DNA of 64,000 nucleotides, from positions 32,001 through 96,000 of the IMG/VR virus record IMGVR_UViG_3300032300_000824; one strand, given 5' to 3'. The translations under genes and the position numbers were made by a program. The notes under the pieces are model-generated. The model made no database searches. It had not been told where the DNA came from and was given only the letters and a program-made list of their open reading frames with translations. Positions 58,078 through 64,000 of this stretch are shown here, piece by piece (within the stretch, counting starts at the first letter, position 1; every line of letters begins with the position of its first letter). Source of the DNA: a virus (Duplodnaviria > Caudoviricetes).

Positions 58078-58874
58078 GATAGTAAATCTTTAACGTCTGT
58101 GTCGTATACAAACCAGTCTTTTGGGCTTTTGTAATAAGTACTATTACCAAGTATGTATGCAAGATGGCTAAACCCGCTAGGAGACCCAACAACAATATCT
58201 GCATTAACCATATGATAAAAAACTTCAGTATTTGATTTGTATACTAATGAATGAGGAGAAAATTCGTCTAGCATACTAAAGTCTTCTATATTTGGCTGAG
58301 AAGCTATGTAAATATTATATTGTGTAGTCTGAGAAGATATAATCTGTTTGATAGCATTATAGAAATAGCTAATGGGCAAAATTCTTCCTGGTATTCCAAT
58401 AGCATCTCCTCTTCTGATATGTACAATCAAATTATTGTTTGTGTTATATGGGTTTTTATTATGGTAAATTGGACGTAAAGCATTTTTATGTTTTTTATAG
58501 AGTTTTAGCAGTAGAGATCTATTGTTTCCATTTTTAAGCAATTCGTTAAAAATATTAGAATCTTCTACTAGATTTAGATCTAGATTGTATATGGTCTGTG
58601 TTTCAGTAAGAGAAGATATGTCTTCGGGTTTATTTATTTTTTTATTTATTGCTTCTGGTTTTTGTTGAAAACAATATTTTTGTTGAGCATAATCTAATTC
58701 ATGCAGAGAAGAGAAGGATAGCACGTCCTCAAACTGTGCGGAAGCTCCTATAAAAGGAGTATATACTAGTTGAAGATCGTAAAGTTCGCATATAACTAAA
58801 GCAGAAAAATAGTTACACACTTGGTGTCCTATTCCAGCTCCTCTATTCTGTGTAATGTAAAAATAATTTTTCAT
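58074..58874 (-). CDS. GT11/GT23-like fucosyltransferase
   Basis: GIGHQ, VHIRRGD and MVNADIVVGSPSGFS motifs. Confidence 0.75.
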   Translation of the reverse strand: MKNYFYITQNRGAGIGHQVCNYFSALVICELYDLQLVYTPFIGASAQFEDVLSFSSLHELDYAQQKYCFQQKPEAINKKINKPEDISSLTETQTIYNLDLNLVEDSNIFNELLKNGNNRSLLLKLYKKHKNALRPIYHNKNPYNTNNNLIVHIRRGDAIGIPGRILPISYFYNAIKQIISSQTTQYNIYIASQPNIEDFSMLDEFSPHSLVYKSNTEVFYHMVNADIVVGSPSGFSHLAYILGNSTYYKSPKDWFVYDTDVKDLLS

Positions 58875-59830
58875 TGTGATAGGTTAATAATATCTATTAT
58901 TTCTTCAATATTTACTATTAAATCTGCTGTTCTCTCGATTGACAGATATCCTTGCGTACCAACTAAGGGATTTTGCCATTTTTTCCAATCGCAATTAACC
59001 ACAAAAACTTCTTGATTTAAATCATGAGTATAAATATGCTCAACACTCCAGTCTCTGTCTTCGTAAGAGGGATTTTTTGATTTTAAATACCAATCTTCTG
59101 TCTCAAGACTTTTTGCTTTCAAAATTATTAATTTGCAAGATTCTTTTGTTAATTTACACTCTGCAAAACTTGCTCCCCAAGGTGAAATATAAAAATCGGC
59201 CGAGTAGTATGTCTCTACTATTTTTTGTGAGCTGTTTGATTTAAACCATTCGTGTCCATTGATAAACTCTACTTCAAAATTAATTTTAAGTTTTTCGATA
59301 AGCTCACGCAAATTAAGTATTTCTCTTCCATGAGATGTATCATTATGAATAAGTATTTTTTTTGTTTTTTTTTCTTTATTTTTTAATTGATAGTTGTCAA
59401 ATAAATTTTTTCTAATTTCTGGCCATAAGGTTTTTCTATTTTCTCTATATTTTAATTCTCTACAATTTGTTGGAAGTATTATTTTTTTGCACTCATAGAT
59501 TTGATTTTTTTCTGCTATTTGTATTTTATTTTTTACTTCTATAGATAGAGAATTTATAGTAAAAGAAAAAAAATGATCATTATTTTCTTTACAAAGAATT
59601 ATATTATCTATATTTTTTATTCCTATTTTTTCTGATCTAGTTGCACACACATAAAAATTATATAGCCATTCATTTTGAAAATGACTCACATTTCCATCCA
59701 TGTTCAATAAAACTAAACTCGTATTCGGTATTTTTATTTCATTTATGTTTTTGGGCAATTCTAATTTATCTGTATATATTTTTGAATTAAAAATAATTAC
59801 ATTTTCTAAAATACTATATAGTTGATTCAT
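58871..59830 (-). CDS. GT61-like glycosyltransferase
   Basis: NVSHF, REILN and ADFYISPWGASF motifs. GGAG SD before the ATG at 59830. Confidence 0.65.
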   Translation of the reverse strand: MNQLYSILENVIIFNSKIYTDKLELPKNINEIKIPNTSLVLLNMDGNVSHFQNEWLYNFYVCATRSEKIGIKNIDNIILCKENNDHFFSFTINSLSIEVKNKIQIAEKNQIYECKKIILPTNCRELKYRENRKTLWPEIRKNLFDNYQLKNKEKKTKKILIHNDTSHGREILNLRELIEKLKINFEVEFINGHEWFKSNSSQKIVETYYSADFYISPWGASFAECKLTKESCKLIILKAKSLETEDWYLKSKNPSYEDRDWSVEHIYTHDLNQEVFVVNCDWKKWQNPLVGTQGYLSIERTADLIVNIEEIIDIINLSQ

Positions 59831-59873
59831 TATATATATCTCCAGCAAAGATGCTTCTCATAAAAATGTTTCA

Positions 59874-60089
59874 TTATATACTTTTATTTATTATCATTTC
59901 TTCTGAGAACGTAGAGATAACGATAGTATGAATATCTTTTGTAAGATTTAAATCAGATAATGTATACCAAATATAATCTACAGAATTTTCATATGGAATC
60001 TCGAAAGGTATTAGTGCTACTTCTATATCCCAAGAATTGTCTTTTTTGATACGGTAATATTCTACTTTTCTAAGCTCTGATGTTGACAT
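59874..60089 (-). CDS. Small hypothetical protein
   Basis: Fills the gap between genes. Confidence 0.5.
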   Translation of the reverse strand: MSTSELRKVEYYRIKKDNSWDIEVALIPFEIPYENSVDYIWYTLSDLNLTKDIHTIVISTFSEEMIINKSI

Positions 60090-60101
60090 ATTAAGATAGT
60101 C

Positions 60102-61103
60102 CTATTGGTATTGTATTTTTGATATGGTTCCTATAAAATATAGAAAACCACAGGGTTTTATGACTTTAGTGACCGTCCAGTCAACTTGTTCTTTAGCAGA
60201 TGATCTGTCGAAATTTTCTTGAGATACTTTTATGAGAAGTTTACCTTTGAACTCCTTTGTTATTTTTAAAACTACTCTTTCATAATAACACCAACAGTCC
60301 CACAAGTCTTGAGTTGATTTTTCGGTATCATTAATAATTAATTCGATCTTTCCAGAATATGGTCCAATATTTTGATAAAGTCCCATAACTTCTGCACTAC
60401 CGACAATAGATATTTCTTCGTAAATAGTTTTAGGCTCTATAAGCATTTTTTGAATATTGCTATATTTAGTTTTGGAAATATCTGAAAAGTTGAGGTTGTT
60501 GAATGGAAGTATTTTTTCTAAAAAAGTTTGATATATAAACTCACCATAAATTTTACTACCAAATTCTAAAGTATGGACAGTATCTCTATATAAATCTTTT
60601 ATTGATAAGTCTTTAACATGTTCTCTAAGATCAATATATGGAATACTGTATTTTTTAGCATAGGCTATTGCTTGATTATACATATCTATTCTTTTATCTG
60701 TCATATGCTGCTCGGATCCTGACAAAAACAAAAAAATAATTTGACAATTGTTATTGATAAACTTATCTCTAAATGTATCTAAATATACTATAAGCTCTGA
60801 TTCTGAAGGGACATATCCAGTACTAAACCAATCAATGAAACAATAATTAGGATTTCCAGATAAAACATCATCTATAAAACACATACCGGCATCTCTTATA
60901 TGAAGAGAACCATATGCGTATTTAGTAATCTCAAATTTTTGAATAACGTCTAATGTCTGAAAAATATCAACATATCCTCCTTTCTGTCCAGTTACTGATG
61001 CTCCAAAAAACGCTAATCTAATAGGTGTTTCTATTATTTGATCAAAAATATCCGCAGGCCCATCAAGTGAAGACCCCAAATATTTTTCTTCCATTTTATC
61101 CAT
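60102..61103 (-). CDS. SGNH/GDSL-family hydrolase or acyltransferase
   Basis: Block I FFGASVT and block V DTVH. Confidence 0.75.
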   Translation of the reverse strand: MDKMEEKYLGSSLDGPADIFDQIIETPIRLAFFGASVTGQKGGYVDIFQTLDVIQKFEITKYAYGSLHIRDAGMCFIDDVLSGNPNYCFIDWFSTGYVPSESELIVYLDTFRDKFINNNCQIIFLFLSGSEQHMTDKRIDMYNQAIAYAKKYSIPYIDLREHVKDLSIKDLYRDTVHTLEFGSKIYGEFIYQTFLEKILPFNNLNFSDISKTKYSNIQKMLIEPKTIYEEISIVGSAEVMGLYQNIGPYSGKIELIINDTEKSTQDLWDCWCYYERVVLKITKEFKGKLLIKVSQENFDRSSAKEQVDWTVTKVIKPCGFLYFIGTISKIQYQ

Positions 61104-61116
61104 AAAGACTCCTTAA

Positions 61117-62562
61117 TTATCTTATGTGCGATAAGTATTCTAGAATTTGTTGGTATTTTTTTTCTTTTATCCAGTTACGATGTTCTACTATCGGTTGTTT
61201 TAGCCATTCAAAAACCATGAGAGAAGCATCTTCTAAAGACTTTTGATAAACTTCGGGAGCCCAACTATATTTAGCTTGTGTAGTACGATTACAAATAAAA
61301 TAATTTTTATCCTTACTTATAATTTCAAAATTTTGCAATTCAAATGAGCTGTTCCAAAGTTCGCTATTCAAGCAGCATTGTTTGTGTAATTCTGTTAATA
61401 AATACGGATGAAATTTAGTAGTAGAATGGTTTACTCTTGTGTTATTGTCGTGAGGGACATGATATATGGTATTAAGATTAAATAATTTTTTGTGTAGTCC
61501 TAGCAATAGTAGTCTTGAGGTAAAATCAGAGTCATCCCAGCCATAGTCTATAATAATTTCATTATATCCATTAATACTAAAATAATCATTTATATCTAAG
61601 TATATAATTCCATGAGTAAATTTTTCATTATCATCTCTTGCACATAAGTAGTCGCTAACGTAAAACTCTCCTGATTTTATAACATGTTTATCTAAAAATT
61701 TTTGATCTGTTATGTTGATATCCGTATCAAGTTTTAAAATCTTGTTGTATCTGCAAAATTTAGCTCCTAGATTTTGAGCGTATGATCTTATATAATTAGT
61801 CTCGTTCTCTACTCTAACATATCTAATTTTATCATTATTGAATTTCTCTAGTATGGAAAGAAGAGATTCGTCCGAACACCAATCTACTATTATAAGTTCA
61901 TCAATACCAGAAGACAGCCAACTTCCAATATTTTTAATTAGATGTGATGTTCTATTTTTTATACATACTAGTGCTGTTGTTCCTTCTAGTATTTTTTCAT
62001 TACAGATATTATTTTGTCTTTTAGAGTTATTTATTTTATATTTTTGTTTAGTTAAGTTTAAAGAATTTATATGTTGATAATCAATATAAGGATTATAGAT
62101 TAATTTTTTATCATATCCGTTATGAGTGTTAAGTATATTATATCTAGGATATTCCTGTTTGTATAATATAATTTTAAAAGGTTCTATTATTTTATTTTCG
62201 GTATTTAGTAAACAAATTTTTATTTTACGACAAGTTATATTGCACTTAAAAATAGCTATATCTTTGCTATGTTTGAAATTAGTATTCAAAAAAGTATTTT
62301 TTTCATGAACCCATGTATCTTTATCTGGTAATAGATAAGAGATATTAAGTTTTATGTGTCTTGAATTTTTTGTAATAATTTTAATTTGTTGTATGCTATA
62401 TGAATTTTCGAAATGAAAAGTAATTGGACTCATTTCTTCGATATTATCAGGAGCCCAAAACCCTTCATATGTAGAGTCTAGAGAATCTATTCTATTATGA
62501 TTTGCAGAACATGTAATCTGACTTGGGTTAAGGAGGATTTTTTGTAACATAACTAAGCTCAC
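61117..62562 (-). CDS. Discoidin-like N-domain + GT2/GT7-like galactosyltransferase
   Basis: KNR, IVDW, KLDTD and INGYNE...YGWDDSD motifs. Confidence 0.75.
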   Translation of the reverse strand: MSLVMLQKILLNPSQITCSANHNRIDSLDSTYEGFWAPDNIEEMSPITFHFENSYSIQQIKIITKNSRHIKLNISYLLPDKDTWVHEKNTFLNTNFKHSKDIAIFKCNITCRKIKICLLNTENKIIEPFKIILYKQEYPRYNILNTHNGYDKKLIYNPYIDYQHINSLNLTKQKYKINNSKRQNNICNEKILEGTTALVCIKNRTSHLIKNIGSWLSSGIDELIIVDWCSDESLLSILEKFNNDKIRYVRVENETNYIRSYAQNLGAKFCRYNKILKLDTDINITDQKFLDKHVIKSGEFYVSDYLCARDDNEKFTHGIIYLDINDYFSINGYNEIIIDYGWDDSDFTSRLLLLGLHKKLFNLNTIYHVPHDNNTRVNHSTTKFHPYLLTELHKQCCLNSELWNSSFELQNFEIISKDKNYFICNRTTQAKYSWAPEVYQKSLEDASLMVFEWLKQPIVEHRNWIKEKKYQQILEYLSHIR

Positions 62563-63512
62563 TTAAAAAGTATATTAAAGTTTGGGGTTTCGCAATTTCT
62601 CATTTTGTGGAAAAAATTATCAGCAAAATACTTTTCAGCATCAATATTGATTTCATATCTTGTAAAAATAGCTTCTAAAGTATCTACGAATTTTTTTCTA
62701 TATTTTTTTGCTAAGTCTATATGGTCTTGTCTAATTTTGTTTGGGTCTTTTGGGTTATTTACAAAGTACTCAACTGCTGAAGATATTTGTTTTGGATTAT
62801 CTTCACATATAATTGAGTTGTGTTCATTATACCAAACATTTCTTCCTCCATAAGAATGCGTAGAAACTACTGGTATCCCACATAATAGATATTCACTAGA
62901 ACTAAAACATGCTCCTTCTTTGTAAGATAAAATTAAGCCAGACCTTGCCTGATTAATTAATTTTGGTATATCTTGATGAGGAATTGGTTCTGTTGGACAA
63001 AAAATACTATCAGGCATTTTATAGTCTATGTCATGATAGTAGTTCGATCCAGCGGTTATCAGTGCTAAATTTTTAACATTACTAGCGAGATAATGTCTTT
63101 TAAATTTAGATTTTCTAGACATTAATATAGCATCATATTGTTTATCTACAGGATATATAGAAAAAAGGTTTTCGTCTAGCCAGCAATTATGGTTAATAAT
63201 TTCTCCAGTAAAACCATACTTATATAGGATAGATTGTTCTAGAGAAGAATTAAAAAGAAAAAAGAAATTTTTTTTATTCAGTTTTAAATTTTCAAAGATA
63301 GTATTATATACTTCAGCAAACCAGTCGTCATGAAACCATCCACAATACACAAAGAAAAAATCGGTATCTTTAATTTTATCTTTATATTCATTTAACCAAT
63401 TATAGTTATGCATTATGTTTTCAATAATATAAAGATTTAATTTTTCACTTTTATAATAATGTCGGAATGGTATGGTTGGACTAGGCCAAACATATGGTGA
63501 TTTATATATCAT
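62559..63512 (-). CDS. GT-B (GT4-like) glycosyltransferase
   Basis: FKRH and LS..EGACFSSSEYLLCGIPVVST motifs. Confidence 0.75.
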   Translation of the reverse strand: MIYKSPYVWPSPTIPFRHYYKSEKLNLYIIENIMHNYNWLNEYKDKIKDTDFFFVYCGWFHDDWFAEVYNTIFENLKLNKKNFFFLFNSSLEQSILYKYGFTGEIINHNCWLDENLFSIYPVDKQYDAILMSRKSKFKRHYLASNVKNLALITAGSNYYHDIDYKMPDSIFCPTEPIPHQDIPKLINQARSGLILSYKEGACFSSSEYLLCGIPVVSTHSYGGRNVWYNEHNSIICEDNPKQISSAVEYFVNNPKDPNKIRQDHIDLAKKYRKKFVDTLEAIFTRYEINIDAEKYFADNFFHKMRNCETPNFNILFK

Positions 63513-63526
63513 GTATTAGTTCTTTT

Positions 63527-64000
63527 TTAATAAAAACAGATAAGTTCATTAAAAGCTTTGTATGCGTTCAATGCATTCATTTGCATATTCTTTATTTGTT
63601 CTGGAGTAATAGAAAGTAAAATATCTAGTGTTTTTGAGTATTCGTTCATGGGTATTCGTATAGAAAAACTTTCCCATTCATATTTATTTAACTTTGGTGG
63701 TTCCCAGGTGTCTGAGTATATTACGGGTATTACTCCTACTGACAGACTCTCCCACACCCTGAGAGTGTTGGGACCAGCACCTTCTGGACAGAGAGAAAAG
63801 ATAGAATTACTAAGTATTTCATTATATCTCTTTTGTTGAGACTCTAAGATCTGATTATCTTGATAAGTCCAGGGCATATTTTTTGTTTGGTAATCAAAAA
63901 CATATTTTTGATAAAACCACTTGTCTGTTAGTTCGTATATAAATGGATACTTTTCAGATTTTAGATTTTCACAATAATCTTTAAGTTGGTATCTAATTTG
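63527..64000 (-). CDS. 5'-partial exostosin (GT47) family protein
   Basis: The frame is open to the window edge (QIRYQLKDY...KWFYQKYV...). FSLCPEGAGPNTLRVWES..VIPV. Paralog of the C-terminal domain of 53949..56237. Confidence 0.8.
   Translation of the reverse strand, partial: QIRYQLKDYCENLKSEKYPFIYELTDKWFYQKYVFDYQTKNMPWTYQDNQILESQQKRYNEILSNSIFSLCPEGAGPNTLRVWESLSVGVIPVIYSDTWEPPKLNKYEWESFSIRIPMNEYSKTLDILLSITPEQIKNMQMNALNAYKAFNELICFY

Noticed and set aside
10100-63839. Numerous short + strand ORFs in the ORF track
   Set aside because: They lie antisense to well-supported - strand genes and have no recognisable motifs.
1-64000. Stop-codon reassignment
   Set aside because: Conserved genes are full length under the standard code. 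TAG, TGA and TAA all end genes at positions coupled to the next start.
1-64000. tRNA, rRNA or structured ncRNA genes
   Set aside because: Intergenic gaps are short (under about 200 nt), AT-rich and show no cloverleaf by eye. tRNAscan-SE or Infernal would be needed to exclude them formally.
1-64000. Cellular chromosome or eukaryotic giant-virus origin
   Set aside because: Phage-type replication genes, SD sites, sigma70 promoters, fibre-like and holin-like genes, and the absence of housekeeping operons or NCLDV markers favour a large bacteriophage. Capsid, terminase and portal genes were not recognised in this window.

Overview
This is an AT-rich, gene-dense fragment of a large (jumbo-type) tailed dsDNA bacteriophage using the standard genetic code. 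I found no rRNA, tRNA, CRISPR array or intein by eye. Positions 1-9870 (+ strand) encode probable virion proteins: a partial large protein, a 2279-aa protein with a glycine-zipper segment, and a Thr/Pro-rich mucin-like protein. Everything from 9871 to the end is on the - strand, in five blocks. (1) About 11.7-17.9 kb is a coupled run of apparently catalytically eroded glycan-enzyme homologues behind one intact GT4. (2) The replication/recombination module contains SSB, DnaE split without an intein into two genes around a DEDDh exonuclease, a Cas4-like nuclease with a probable ATT start, dNMP kinase, primase, DnaB and RecA. (3) PhoH, an HNH nuclease, class II RNR and dCMP deaminase follow. (4) A membrane/lysis-like cassette with a papain-like peptidase is followed by fibre-like genes, a DeoC homologue lacking its catalytic lysines, ClpP, a sigma factor and a bacterioferritin homologue lacking most ferroxidase ligands. 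(5) GMP reductase, an NDT-family protein and a macrodomain precede a roughly 11-kb glycosyltransferase island that runs off the window end. A recurrent GGTGTATA upstream motif is a candidate phage-specific promoter, distinct from two near-consensus sigma70 promoters. All family calls are from motif recognition by eye, not database searches. A Planctomycetota host is only a tentative guess.
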